Shown here piece by piece: positions 1 through 13,142 of a DNA stretch of 64,000 bases. The position numbers and the translations under genes were made by a program. The stretch's first letter is position 1. Every line of letters starts with the position of its first letter. The DNA is taken from the NCBI RefSeq assembly GCF_018350175.1, contig NC_058368.1, positions 84,012,001 through 84,076,000 on the forward strand. Direction: 5' to 3'. Below the pieces are notes generated by a model. It was not told the DNA's origin. It did not search any database and was given only the letters and a program-made list of their open reading frames with translations. This DNA is from Felis catus. Its lineage: Eukaryota.

Positions 1-2100
1 GTGAGGAACAAGACAGGGATATCCACTCTCACCACTTTTATTCAACATAGTATTGAAAGTCGTAGCCTCTGCAATCAGACAACACAAAGAAATAAAAGGC
101 ATCCAAATGGGCCAGAAGGAGGCCAAACATTCACTCTTCACAGATGACGTGATACTCTACATGTAAAATGCAAAAGATTCCACCAAAACCTGCTAGAACT
201 GATTCATGAATTCAACAAACTTGCAGGATGTAAAATCAATGCACAGAAATTGGTTGCATTCCTATACATGAACAATGAAGTGACAGAAAGAGAAATCAAG
301 GAATCGATCCCATTTACAGTTGCACCAAAACCCCTAACACCAAGGAATAAATCTAACCAAAGAGGTGAAAAATATATACATTGAAAACTATAGAAAACTT
401 ATGAAAGAAATTGAAGGAGACACAAAGAAATGGAAAAAACGATTCCATGTTCCTGGATAGGAAGAACAAATATTGTTAAAATGTCGATACTATCCAAAGG
501 AATCCACATATTCAATGCAATCCCCATCAAAGTAACACCAGCATTCTTCACAGAGCTAGAGCAAATAATCCTAAAATTTTTATGGAACCAGAAAAGACCC
601 CCAATAGCCAAAGCAATATGAAAAAGAAAACCAAAGGAGGAGACATCACAATCCTAGACTTCAAGCTATACTACAAAGCTGTAATTATCAAGACAGAATG
701 GTACTGGCACAAGAACAGACACTCAGATCAATGCAACAGAATAGAGAACCCAGAAACGGACCCACAAACATATGGGCAACTAATCTTTGACAAATCAGGA
801 AAGAATATCCAATGGAATAAAGACAGTCTCTTCAGCAAGTGGTGCTGGGAAAACTGGACAGCAACATGCACAAGAATGAACCTGGACCACTTTCATACAC
901 CATATACAAAAATAAACTCAAGGTGGATGAAAGACCTTAGTGTAAGACAGGAAGCCATCAAAATCCTCGAGGAGAAAGAAGGCAAAAACCTCTTTGATCT
1001 TGCCTGCAACAATTTCTTAACACGTCTCCAGAGGCAAGGGAAACAAAAGCAAAAATGAACTACTGGGACCTCATCAAAATAAAAAGTTTCTGCACAGCAA
1101 AGGAAACAACCAGCAAAACTAAAAGGTAGCCGACAGAATGGGAGAATATGATATTTGCAAATGACATATCAGATAAAGGGTTAGTATCCAAAATCTATAA
1201 AGAATTTATCAAACTCAACACCCAAAAAACAAATAATCCAACGAAGAAATGGGCAAAAGACATGAATAGACACTTCTCCAAGGAAGACATCCAGATGGCC
1301 AACTGACACATGAAAAAATGCTCAACATCACTCATCATCAGGGAAACACAAATCAAAACCACAATGAGATACCACCTTACACCTGTCACAATGACTATCA
1401 TTAACAACTCAGGCCACAACAGATGTTGGCAATGATGCAGAGAGAGAGGATCTCTTTTGCATTGTTTGTTGGAATGCAAGCTAGTGCAGTCACTCTAGAA
1501 AACAGTATGGAGGTTTCTCAAAAAACTGAAAATAGAACTACCCTACGACCCAGCAATTGCACTACTAGACATTTATCTATGGGATACAGATGTGCTCTTT
1601 TGAAGGAACACATGCACCCCCATGTTAATAGTAGCACTATCAACAATAGCCAAAGTATGGAAAGAGCCCAAAAGTCCATTGATGGGTGAATGGATAAAGA
1701 AGAAGTGGCATATATATACAATGGAGTATTACTCAGTAATCAAAAAGAATGAAATCTTGCCATTTGCAACTACATGGATGGAACTGGAGGGTATAACGCT
1801 AAGTGAAATTAGTCAGTCAGAGAAAGACAAAAATCATATGACTTCACTCATATGAGGAATTTAAGAGACAAAACAGATGAACATAAGGGAAAGGAAACAA
1901 AAATAATATAAAAACAGGGAGGGGGACAAAACAGAAGAGACTCATAAATACGGAGAACAAACTGAGGGTTGCTGGAGGGGTTGTGGGAGGGGGGATGGAC
2001 TAAATGGGTAAAGGGCATTAAGGAATCTACTGAAATCATTGCTTCACTATATACTAACTAATTTGGATGTAAATTTTAAAAAATAAAAAATAAAGCTAAA
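1..2100 (+). mobile_element. LINE-1 3' part (degenerate ORF2 RT/C-terminus, 3'UTR, A-rich tail); runs off the window start
   Basis: ORF2 peptides in the ORF track ([35 protein letters not shown]). The 3'UTR matches that of the minus-strand L1 at 41926-48007. Confidence 0.95.
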
Positions 2101-2116
2101 TTACAAAGTTAATAAA

Positions 2117-2283
2117 ATGGCAAGGGAAACAAAAGCAAAAATGTACTATTTGGTCCTCTTAAAGATAAAATTTCTTCTGCATAGAGAAGTAAGCAATCAA
2201 CAAAACTAAATGGCAACGTATGAAATGGGAGAAGATATTTGAAAATTACATATTGGATCAAAGGTTAGTATTCAAAATCTATA
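2117..2283 (+). mobile_element. Older L1 ORF2 fragment
   Basis: Diverged match to 1033-1200 (ggcaagggaaacaaaagcaaaaatg...aaaatctata). Confidence 0.85.
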
Positions 2284-2575
2284 GCCAGTTTCTTTGTTAG
2301 ACTCCTGAATCTGGTCCAGTTTGTAAGCCAGTTTCTGCCTGAACTTGGACCAGTCTGGTTTCTTTGTAGGACTCAGTCCAACCTTGAACCCAGTCTCATT
2401 CTAAGTCAGACCCTGTCCAGTCCCAGTCAGTTTCATGATCCAGTCCAGAAAAAGAAAGTTTCAAAGTCTGAAAGTTCAAAAAGCAAAGGTGCAGAGGATC
2501 AGAGAAGTACGTATGACCCTTTGAGGCAGTGAGAGAGCAGTAAGCTCAAGGGGCTCTGCAGGATATCGAATCTTC
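2284..2575 (-). mobile_element. Probable ERV1 (MER4-group-like) internal leader fragment
   Basis: Reiterated ccagtc/ccagtttc motifs and gcagtgagagagcagtaagctca resemble antisense ERV1 leader sequence. Recognised from memory only. Confidence 0.45.
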
Positions 2576-2579
2576 AATA

Positions 2580-4912
2580 GGAGGGTTGACTTGTTCTAAG
2601 GGGGCTGATCCTCTGGGCTACTCCAAGGAACAAATCAAAGCACATCTGGTGGAGGGTCCAAAATATCACTATGAGTAGGGTAATAAAATAACAAAAGTCA
2701 CAACAACAGACAGCAAGTAACAATCTCCGAAAAAAACACCCCCTGAAGGGCCAAGCCCTGGATAGTGTATGACCCTCCTTTAATATAGCAGTGCTCACAG
2801 GTGCAGAGCACACAACAAGCACTTAAAATTCATAAGGGACAGAGAATTAGCCAAAGTGATGAAACGCAAGAATTCTCCTCAAGAGAAATTCCAGGAAATA
2901 GCGACAGCTAACAAATTGATCCAAACCGATTTAAGCAATATAACTGAACAAGAATTTAGAATAATAGTCATAAAATTAGTTGCTGGGCTTGAAAAAAAGC
3001 ATAGAGGACAGCAGAGAATCTAATGCCACAGAGATCAAGGGACTAAGAAATAGTCGTGATGAATTTAAAAAATGCTATAAATAAGGTGCAAAAAAAAATG
3101 GAGGTGGGCACAGTGAGGATTGAAGAGGCAGGGGAGAGAATAGGTGAATTAGAAGAAAAATTATGGAAAAAGAGGAAGCTGAGAAAAAGAGAGATTAAAA
3201 AAAATCCAGGAGTACTAGAGGAGAATTAGAGAACTAAGTGATGCAGATAAATGGAACAATATCCATATCACAGGAATTCCAAACAAAGATGAGAGAGAAA
3301 GGGTCTGAAGGTATACTTGAAAAAAATCATAGCTGACAACTTCCCTGGTCTGAGGAAGGAAATAGGCATTGAAACCCAAGAGACACAGAGAACTCCCTTC
3401 AGACATAACTTGAATCAATCTTCTGAAGGGCATATAGTGAAACTGGAAAAATATAAGGATAAAGACAGAATTCTGAAAGCAGCTAGGGAAAAATGGGCCT
3501 TAACATACAAAGGTAGAAGCATAAGGGTAGTAGCAGACCTGTCTACTAAAACGTGGCAGGACAGAAAGGAATGGAAAGAAATCTTCATGTGATGAACAGG
3601 AAAAATATGCAGCCAAGAATCGTTTATCCAGCAAACCTGTCATTCAAAATACAAGGAGAGATAAAGCTTTTTCCAAACAAACAAAAACTGAAGGAATTCA
3701 TCACCAGTAAACCAGCCCTACAAGACATCCTAAGGGGGATTCTGTGAGTGAAATGTTGCAAGAAACACAAAGTACCAGAGACACCACTACAAGCATGAAC
3801 CTACAGATATCACTATGACTCTAAACCCATATCTTTGAATAATAATACTGAATGTAAATGGACTAAATACATCAACCAAAAGACATAGGGTATCAGAATG
3901 GATAAAAAAAAAAACCAAGACCCATCTATTTGCTGTCTACAAGAGACTCATTTTAGATCTGAGGACACCTTCAGATTGAAAGTGACAGGATGGAGAACTA
4001 TCTATCATGCTCATGGAAGTCACAAGAAAGCTGGAGTAGCCATACTTATATCAGACAAACTAGAATTTAACTTAAAGGGTGTAACAAGAGATGAAGAGGG
4101 ACATTATGTAATAATTACAGGGTCTATCCATCAGGAAGAGCTAACAATTATAAAGGTCTATGCATTGAATTCAGACCACCCAAATACATAAAACAATTAA
4201 TCACAAACGTAAGCAACCTTATTGATAAGATTGTGGTAATTGCAGGGGACGTTAATAATCCACTTACAACAAGGCATACATCATCTGGATGGAAAATCAA
4301 TAAAAAAAAAAACAATGGCCTTGAGTGATACATTGGACCGGATGGACATGACAGAGCTCTGCATCCAAAAGCAACAGAATACACTTTCTTCTCAAGTGCA
4401 TATGAAACATTCTCCAAGATATATCACATACAAGGTCACAAAACAGCCCTTCATAAATATAAAATAATTGATATCATACCATGCACACTTTCAGATCACA
4501 ATGTTCTGAAACTTGAAATCAACCGCAAGTAAAAATATGCAAAACCTCCAAAAGCATGGAGGTTAAAGAACATCCTCCTAAAGAATGAATGGGTCAACCA
4601 GGCAATTAGAGAAGAAATTAAAAATTACATGGAAACAAATGAAAATGAAAATACAACAATCCAAACGCTTTGGGATGCAGCAAAGGCAGTCCTGAGAGGA
4701 AAATACATTGCAATCCAGGCCTATCTCAAGAAACAAGAAAAATCCCAAATACAAAATCTAACAGCACACCTAAAGGAAATAGAAGCAGAACAACAAAGAC
4801 ACCCTAAATCCAGCAGAAGAAGAGAAATAAAAAAGATCAGAGCAGAAATAAACAATATAGACTCTGAAAAGAACTGTAGAGCAGATCGATGAAACCAAGA
4901 GTTGGTTTTTTG

Positions 4913-4947
<35 letters not shown>

Positions 4948-7890
4948 AAATTTGATAAACCTCTAGCCAGGCTTCTGAAAAAGAAAATGGAGATGACCCA
5001 AATAGATAAAATCATGAATTAAAGTGGAATTTATTTCAACCACTCCCTCATATATACAAGCAATTATCAGGGAATACTGTGAAAAATTATATGTCAACAA
5101 ACTTTATAATCTGGAAGAAATGGACAAATTCGTAAACACCCACACACTACCAAAACTCAAACAGAATGAAATAGAAAATTTGAACAGACCCATAACCAGT
5201 GAAGAAATTGAATCAGTTATCAAAAATCTCCCAACAAATAAGAGTCCAGTACCAGATGGCTTCCCTGGGGAATTCTACTAGACATTTAAGGCAGAGATAA
5301 TATCTATCCTTCTCAAGCTTTTCAAAAAATAGAAAGGGAAGGAAAACTTCCAGACTCATTCTATGAAGGGAGCATTACTTTGATTCCCAAACCAGACAGA
5401 GACCCAGCAAAAAAAAAAAGTGAAGTACAGGCCAATATCCTTGATGAATATGGATGGAAAAACTCTCAACAAGATACTAGTAAATTGAATTCAACAGCAT
5501 ATAAAAAGAATTATTCACCATAATCAAGTGAGATTCATTCCTGGGCTGCAGGGCTGGTTCAACATTCACAAATCAAACAATGTGATACATCACATTAATA
5601 AAAGGAAAGATAAGAACCATATGATCCTGTCAATCGATGTGGAAAAAGCATTTGACAAAGTACAGCATCCTTTCTTCATTAAAACCCTTGAGAAAGTCAG
5701 GATAGAAGGAACAACCTTAAACTTCATAAAAGCCATTTATGAAAAGATAATATCATTCTCAATAGAGAAAAACTTAGAGCTTTCCCTGTGAGATAAGGAA
5801 CAAGACAGGGATGTCCACCCTCACCTCTGTTGTTTAACATAGTGTTGGAAGTTCTAACATCAGCAATAAGACAATGAAAGAAAATCAAGGCATGAAAATT
5901 GGCAATGATGAAGTTAAGCTTTCACTTTTTGTAGATGACATGATATTATGCATGAACAACCTGATAGACTCCACCAAAAGTCTGCTAGAACAGATAGATG
6001 AATTCAGCAAAGTCACAGGATACAAAATTAATGTACAGAAATCAGTTGTATTTTTATACACCAAAAATGAAGCAACAGAAAGACAAATAAAGAAACTGAT
6101 CTCATTCACATTTGCACCAATAATCGTAAAATACCTAGGAATAAACCTAACCAAAGATGTAAAACATCTGTATGCTGAAAACTATAGACACCTTATGAAG
6201 GAAATTGAAGAGGATACAAAGAAATGGAAAAACATTCTGTGCTCATGGATTGGAAGAATATATATTTCTCAAATGTCAATACCACCCAAAGCAATCTACA
6301 CATTCAATGCAATCCCAATCAAAATTGCACCAGCATTCTTCTTCAGTCTAGGACAAGCAATCCTAAAATTTGTATGGAATCACAAAAAACCTCGAATAGC
6401 CAAAATAATACTGAAGGAGAAAACCAAAGGTATCACAATCCCAGACTTTAGCCTCTCCTACAAAGCTGTAATCATCAAGACAGCATGGTATTGGCACAAA
6501 AACAGACACATAGACCAATGGAATAGAATAGAAACCCCAGAATTGGCCCCACAAAAGTATGGCCAACTAACCTTTGACAAAGCAGGAAAGAATATCCAAT
6601 AGAAAAAAGACAGTCTATTTAACAAACGGTGCTGGGAGAACTGGACAGCAACATACAGAAGAATGAAACTAGACCAATTTCTTACACCCTTCACAAAAAT
6701 AAAGTCAGAATGAATGAAGGACCTGAATGAGACAGGAAAACATCAAAACCGTAGAGGAGAAAGCAGGGAAAAACCTCTCTGACCTCAGCCACAGCAATTT
6801 CTTAATTGACACATTTCCAAAGTCAAGGGAATTAAAATACAAAATGAAATATTGGGACCCCATGAAGATCAAAAGCTTCTGCACTGCAAAGGAAACAATC
6901 AACAAAACTAAAAGGCAACCAGTGGAATGAGAAACGATATTTACAAATGACATATTGGATAAAGGGCTAGTATCCAAAATCTATAAAGAATTCACCAAAC
7001 TCCACACCCGAAAAACAAATAATCCAGTGAAGAAATGGGCAGAAGACATGAATAGACACTTCTCTAAAGAAGACATTCAGATGGCCAACAGGCACCTGAA
7101 AAGATTCTCAATGTCACTCCTCATCAGGGAAATACAAATCAAAACCACACTGAGATACCACCTCATGCCAGTCAGAGTGGCTAAAATGAACAAATCAGGA
7201 GACTATAGATGCAGGAGAGGATGTGGAGAAACGGGAACCCTCTTGCACTGTTGGTGGGAATGCAAATTGGTGCAGCCACTCTGGAAAACAGTGTGGAGGT
7301 TCCTCAAAAAATTAAAAATAGATCTACCCTATGACTCATCAATAACACTGCTAGGAATTTACCCAAGGGATACAGGAATGCCTATGCATAAGGGCACTTG
7401 TACCCCAATGTTTATAGCAGCACTTTCAACAATAGCCAAATTATGGAAAGAGCTTAAATGTCCATCAACTGATGAATGGAATCAGAAATTGTGGTTTATG
7501 TACACAATGGAATACTATGTGGCAATGAGAAAGAATGAAATATGGCCTTTTTTAGCAACGTGGATGGAACTGGAGAGTGTTATGCTAAGTGAAATAAGCC
7601 ATACAGAGAAAGACAGATACCATATGTTTTCACTCCTATGTGGATCCTGAGAAACTTAATAGAAGACCATGGGGGAGGGGAAGAAAAAAAATAAAAGGTT
7701 AGAGAGGGAGGGAGCCAGAACTTAAGAGACTCTTAAAAACTAAGAACAAACTGAGGGTTGATGGGGGTGGGAGGGAGAGGAGGGTGGGTGATGGGCATTG
7801 AGAAGGGCACCTTTTGGAATGAGCACTGGGTGTTGTAGGGAAACCAATTTGACAATACATTTCATATTAAAAAATATAAAAATAAAAAGT
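2580..7890 (+). mobile_element. Near full-length LINE-1 with partial 5'UTR; ORF1 ~2856-3747 and ORF2 3815-7650 both disrupted
   Basis: Continuous ORF1/ORF2 peptide fragments ending [12 protein letters not shown], a G-rich 3'UTR and an A-tail. Many stops and frameshifts, plus a long A-run near 4913-4945. No TSD found. Confidence 0.95.
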
Positions 7891-8127
7891 CGGACACAAG
7901 AAAAAAAGGTTTCCCTCAAAAAAAAAAATGTTTTTCCTCCCCCATTGACTTAAAAGTCATCCAAATAGTTTGCTCTCATATTTTCAATATGGAATTTCTT
8001 TGATGTTTCTATTTCCATAGAGATAATCAAAACCTAACAGTATCATTTTTCAAGAAAAACCATAGAATACTGGGCAGTAATGATCTTTCATAAGAGTCTT
8101 CTTAGAGCCCTGCACTTATTCTGAGCT

Positions 8128-8310
8128 TACAATTAATTAAAGTCTGGAGACAAATTCCCATGAGACACTTTTCATGTCTTCCCCATTTTGAGGTACACAA
8201 AAGATAGAGAACTTGATGAAAAACAGAAGATGATATTGACTTCTCACATGCTGATCTCAGACCTAAACCAGGTGTGTAGCAGGAATGTAATTAGTCCTCT
8301 TTCAGGGAGT
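8128..8310 (+). promoter_or_regulatory. Candidate OR promoter (homeodomain and O/E-like sites)
   Basis: aattaattaa (8131-8140) next to ttcccatgaga (8155-8165); taatta (8288-8293) next to tttcagggag. Lies in unique sequence ~3.2 kb upstream of the OR ATG. Confidence 0.35.
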
Positions 8311-9385
8311 TTGAAATTTCAGAAATTTCAGTCAAGACAGGTATCGACTAATTTAATGTAAAAGAGCGACAGGGCACAAGGAAATGACAGCAGTTACTGG
8401 AAGTACACCAGGCAGCAGTAACTATGGGGCTGAAGGCAGGGGTAGGAGAATGTTTTTGCCTATTAATAAAATAATTTCCTTCTAGGCAGGTAGTTAACTC
8501 TGTTTTTCTACCCAGCCTCCATACCAAAGGACCTTTGTAAAGCAAAAGCGGATAAATTTGGATTACATGAAAATGGAATCTGCTTCTCACAGTGAGTCCT
8601 TAAATGAAAAATTCAGTGTCTTCAGAGAGGGAGGATCTGTAGGGAAAGGTCTCTGTCTTATTTTGTTCAGCCACTGCCTGACAAAAGACACAGTAAGAGC
8701 ACATTGCACCATTTTTGTCTTCCCCAGTTGCTCAAGATTGCACATAGGGTCCTTACAAGCAGTCAATAGGTTAATGTATGCAAACTACTCTGGAATTTAT
8801 TGTCTTCCATAAGTGTGAACTACTGTTCTTATAAGGGTCATCAGTGCTCGTATGTCCTCCAATATACTGCCATCGGTGTTAGTATGTCCTCCAATATACT
8901 CCATGTACTCCAGCAGCACATATTTTGCAATTACTGCGACTTAGCTTGTGAGGAGCACTGTAGAGTTTAAGGATATTTATAAGGACAGGATGAGTTACAG
9001 ATGAGAGCAATCTGCTCACATCTCTCTAATAGGATCTGTGTTTTGCCATTCATACAAATATCTTTTTAGAGTGCTGCTTTGATTGTTAATCACTTAGTTT
9101 CAAATCTTATGTGATGGATAAAGTTAAGACTTTCTAGAAATTGAAAGGAAATGTGACTTTCCTTAGAATAAAAGAATGACATTACTTTAAGATAAACAAA
9201 ATTAAACTTGTTTTTCTTTATTTCTTGAGTAAATCATGGTAAATCTATTGACCACTTGAAGACAAAACATATATTTTGACAAAAAAATATTTTTCAAAAA
9301 TTTTTATAATATACTGCTTGTGCATTATTTAGTCAGAGTCTGTATCTAGCTAAATGTATAGTTTATTGTTGAATCATTGTTTCAG

Positions 9386-9474
9386 TGCAATAAAGTGTGT
9401 GCTCAATGATTTTTATCGATACATATTGTCTAATTATAATTTTGAAGAAGGCAAGTGCTGCCCTTATAAATCAG
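9386..9474 (+). other. Candidate non-coding 5'UTR exon of the OR gene
   Basis: Acceptor-like ttgtttcag ending 9385 and a perfect donor CAG|GTAAGT at 9474/9475. Confidence 0.4.
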
Positions 9475-10123
9475 GTAAGTTAACGTTTCCTTTAGCATTT
9501 GAAATAATTACATCCTAGAGGTATTCATTCATTTCCAAGTCACAAAGATATTGATAGAACTAAGGTCTTCCTAACAAAATCACAAAAATCACTTTTGCTC
9601 CACATTCCTAAATCTAAGAGAATGTAATCATATGTGATTAATATAAAACATTACAATATTTTCAATATACAATATATCATAGACCTAATTTGCTAATGTG
9701 CAAAATTATTAATATACACTTAAAAGAGGCTTGCATGTAAGCACATAGACTTACAAAACTAGTCATCAGTTAGATGCCAGGCACAATGCTTCATGTTTTA
9801 TCATTCCTAAAGCAAGATATTTTACAGTGTTTGTATCTATTTCCCATTCCCAGTCTATATTTATTTGAATACACTATAGTTAATAACACTGTTATACTGG
9901 TAAACATAATGTCATATTTTACACATAATTATGTGGGACCATGAAACATTATTTTCAAAGATATTCTCCCATTATTTCACTTCTTAATGAACTAAGCTCT
10001 GTAGGGAAAAGCTTTATGTCAAAAAACACAGGAAACTAGAGAAACATCATGAAGGATAGTGCCCAGGAAGAGGAGACCAGGATCTTGAGGTGCACAGAGT
10101 GGTAACTTAAGAAAACAAATTTC

Positions 10124-10352
10124 AGGGGCGCCTGGGTGGCTCACTTGGTTGGGTGTCTGACTTGGGCTCAGGTCATGATCTCACGCTTTGTGGTTCCAGC
10201 CCATTGTTGGGCTCTGTGCTCACAGCTCAAAGCCTGGAGCCTGCTTCAGATTCTATGTCTCCTTCTAGCTCTCTGCCCCTCCCCCACTTATTTTCTGTCT
10301 CTGTCTCTCAAGAATGAATAAATGTAAAAAAAATTAAAAAATAAAAAAAAAA
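10124..10352 (+). mobile_element. CanSINE (SINEC_Fc-like)
   Basis: ggggcgcctgggtggctca head, (CT)n tract, A-rich tail. Confidence 0.93.
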
Positions 10353-11379
10353 TGTCCCCAAGACCAAAGTTCTGCCACAAGCTTATTATGACCCAATCTT
10401 GAATGACACTATTCTATTTCCATTGACAGATGAACATTATACAATGATTTTTTTTTCATTATCTCAAATCATGAAAGGCATAATAATGTAGGATTTGATA
10501 TAAAATAGAAGATTTCATGTATATTATTGATAATAAAAGCAAAAATTCTCATTATGATTGCTTCACAAAGAGGAAACATTGCATGTGGACCATCAGGGTT
10601 TACAAAGGAAATCAACTCATTGATCCAGGAATTGAATATGTATGAGACCTTTCTCATCAAGCAAAAGAGGATTTCTTCATTTGTCATTAGTGTCACCGTC
10701 ACTTTTACAAAGATGGGAAATTAAAATTTATTTGCATGACTTTAGTCAACACCTTAAAAGTATTCTGAAGAAATTTTTATTCTATGGGAAATGAACAATA
10801 ACTGAAAGATTAACCAAGAGATATGATTGCTGTCTTTTAGGCTGTTCATTGACAAAGGAAATTATTCAAGTGAAAAAATAAGTTTAAAATGAAGGTAAGA
10901 CATGAGAATTAAAAAGAAAACTGAAAACGTAAGAATTAAGGAAGTTAATATGTAAAATAGAATAAACAGTCTATATCATTTCGGTGGTGATTCAAATTTC
11001 TTTAGAAAATCTGTGAAATGGCCCCAAGGGACACTTGAGATCCTTTGGGGTGGAGGTGAGCAGAACAGTACAGTCAGGAAAGCAATATGAAAAACACAAG
11101 AATGTCAACAGATTGGAGTACATTAAAAAGCTAAATATATGGGAAACATAATGGTCAGGTTGGTAATTATTACCAAAGGGACTAAATATTCACCTGGCCA
11201 AGTCAAACCAACCAAATTAGAATATAACATTGCTAATTTCTAAGTAGAAATTTTTCAATTTGATGGAGTTTTCTTTTCAATTTCTTCTTTTTATGAGAAT
11301 GTACTGTTTTAAAGTCCTAGCTGTAAGTGTACAGAGAAGTGAATGTTGACTGACAGATTATTTTAACAAAGCACCACAT

Positions 11380-11410
11380 CCTTTGTTATATAACTTTTCC
11401 AATTTTTCAG
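11380..11410 (+). promoter_or_regulatory. Splice acceptor of the OR coding exon
   Basis: Pyrimidine tract cttttccaatttttcag ending 26 nt before the ATG. Confidence 0.6.
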
Positions 11411-11436
11411 TTTGAATAAACCATTTAAATTAAAAC

Positions 11437-12363
11437 ATGGAGCAGAAGAATGAAAACTCAACTGATTTTATCCTCCTGGGACTCTTTCCCTGGTTCAGTT
11501 ATCCCTACCTCCTCATCCTCCTCCTCCTTTTTATTTACATTATTGCCTTTACTGGAAACTCCATACTAATCCTCCTCATCTGGCTGGACTCCTGCCTCCA
11601 TACCCCCATGTACTTCCTGCTCAGTCAGCTGTCCCTCATTGACTTGACTTACATCTCCAGCACAGTCCCCAAGGTGGTTACCAACTATTTCACAGAGAGG
11701 AAGAACATTTCCTATTTCGCCTGTGCCACTCAGCTCTTTTTCTTTCTCACCCTTGGTCTTGCTGAGTGCATCTTGCTGACCCTAATGGCCTATGACCGCT
11801 GTGTGGCTGTGTGTAACCCCCTGAGATACACAATTCTCATGAATCCCAAGGTCTGTAAGCAGATGGCTGCTGCAGCCTGGATTGGAGGGTCCCTTGCAGC
11901 CCTTATACACACCATCTACCCAATGAATTTCCCTACCTGTGGTTCCAGGGAAATTAATCATTACTTTTGTGAGATGCCTGCCATCCTGAGGTTGTCTTGT
12001 GTGGATATATCAGTCTATGAAATGGTAAAATTTGTATCAACAATTGTGTTTCTCCTCGTCCCATTTTTTCTTATTCTGGTCTCCTACACTCTCATCTTCC
12101 TCACTGTTCTGAAGATGAATTCTTGGAAAGGAAGTAACAAAGCACTTTCCACCTGCTTCTCCCACCTGACAGTAGTGAGTCTCTACTTTGGTCAAGCCAT
12201 CTTCATTTACATGACACCCAGTTCTCACACACTTGAACAAGATCAGATTGCAGCTGTACTTGGCACCATAGTGACCCCCATGCTAAATCCCCTCATCTAC
12301 AGCTTAAGGAACAAAGAAGTGGTGGGGGCCCTGAGGAAGTGCATGGGAAGATGTGGCAATTGA
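11437..12363 (+). CDS. Intact class II olfactory receptor, family 2-like, 308 aa
   Basis: N-glycosylation site NST and motifs LHTPMYFLLSQLS, MAYDRCVAVCNPLRY, HYFCE, SY, KALSTCFSHL, PMLNPLIYSLRNKEV in a single uninterrupted ORF. Confidence 0.97.
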   Translation: MEQKNENSTDFILLGLFPWFSYPYLLILLLLFIYIIAFTGNSILILLIWLDSCLHTPMYFLLSQLSLIDLTYISSTVPKVVTNYFTERKNISYFACATQLFFFLTLGLAECILLTLMAYDRCVAVCNPLRYTILMNPKVCKQMAAAAWIGGSLAALIHTIYPMNFPTCGSREINHYFCEMPAILRLSCVDISVYEMVKFVSTIVFLLVPFFLILVSYTLIFLTVLKMNSWKGSNKALSTCFSHLTVVSLYFGQAIFIYMTPSSHTLEQDQIAAVLGTIVTPMLNPLIYSLRNKEVVGALRKCMGRCGN

Positions 12364-13142
12364 GAAAATGCTGTTTCCACAATGTCACTGTAAGAAAAGT
12401 TTCATACTCAATATTAAAAGTAGCTATTATCATTGGATTGTCATACTGGAAATGTAATATAATAAGGGATCAGAAAAGTATTAGGACTCAGGCATATTGT
12501 TATTTGTTTGTTGGTATAAAGTTGTTTCTAGTTCCATAGTCAAGGCTTTCTTAGAGTACAAACTTAATGTGTTATTTATGATTAACCTTTTGAGAAATTA
12601 CGTGGGTTTGACAATAACATCTGTGCAGAGATAATCTCTATCTTCTTGAGCAGCTTCAGTGTATCAGGACACATGGTCTAAAACCAACTGTCATCCTAGA
12701 AATAACTCGTTGATCGATGTTTCTTATTTAAAAACCATCATTTCTGTGTTTTCTTTCATTCATATATTCACTCTTAATGCTATTGACCAAATCTCCACTC
12801 TTCAAAAGATCAAGATCAATTTTTCCATAAAATCTTTGTACATAAAATTTTCATTCAGCAATCTCTTATTGGTAATCATATATTATTTCATATTTTATTG
12901 CATATAATTTATGCAAGTTGCATTATTTTGCTTTCTAAATTAAAGAATATATATATCCATATGAGAATAGAAACAATGAGGTATATTCAGGAAATTTTTG
13001 CTGGATTTTATGTGAATTATTTTTTTTAATTTTTTTCTACTAATCTTCACATTTTTTAATTTTTTGTTGGTATGTTAACATTATAATTTTCAAGCTAATA
13101 GAATAGGTTAATTTTATAGCTTTATAATCCTATTCAGTGTAC

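Noticed and set aside
2284..2336. gccagtttc also occurs here, matching part of the triple target site
   Set aside because: Only 9 bp, lacks the aaaa prefix, and is part of a local reiterated motif.
7761..7796. G-quadruplex-like tract
   Set aside because: Standard G-rich tract of L1 3'UTRs.
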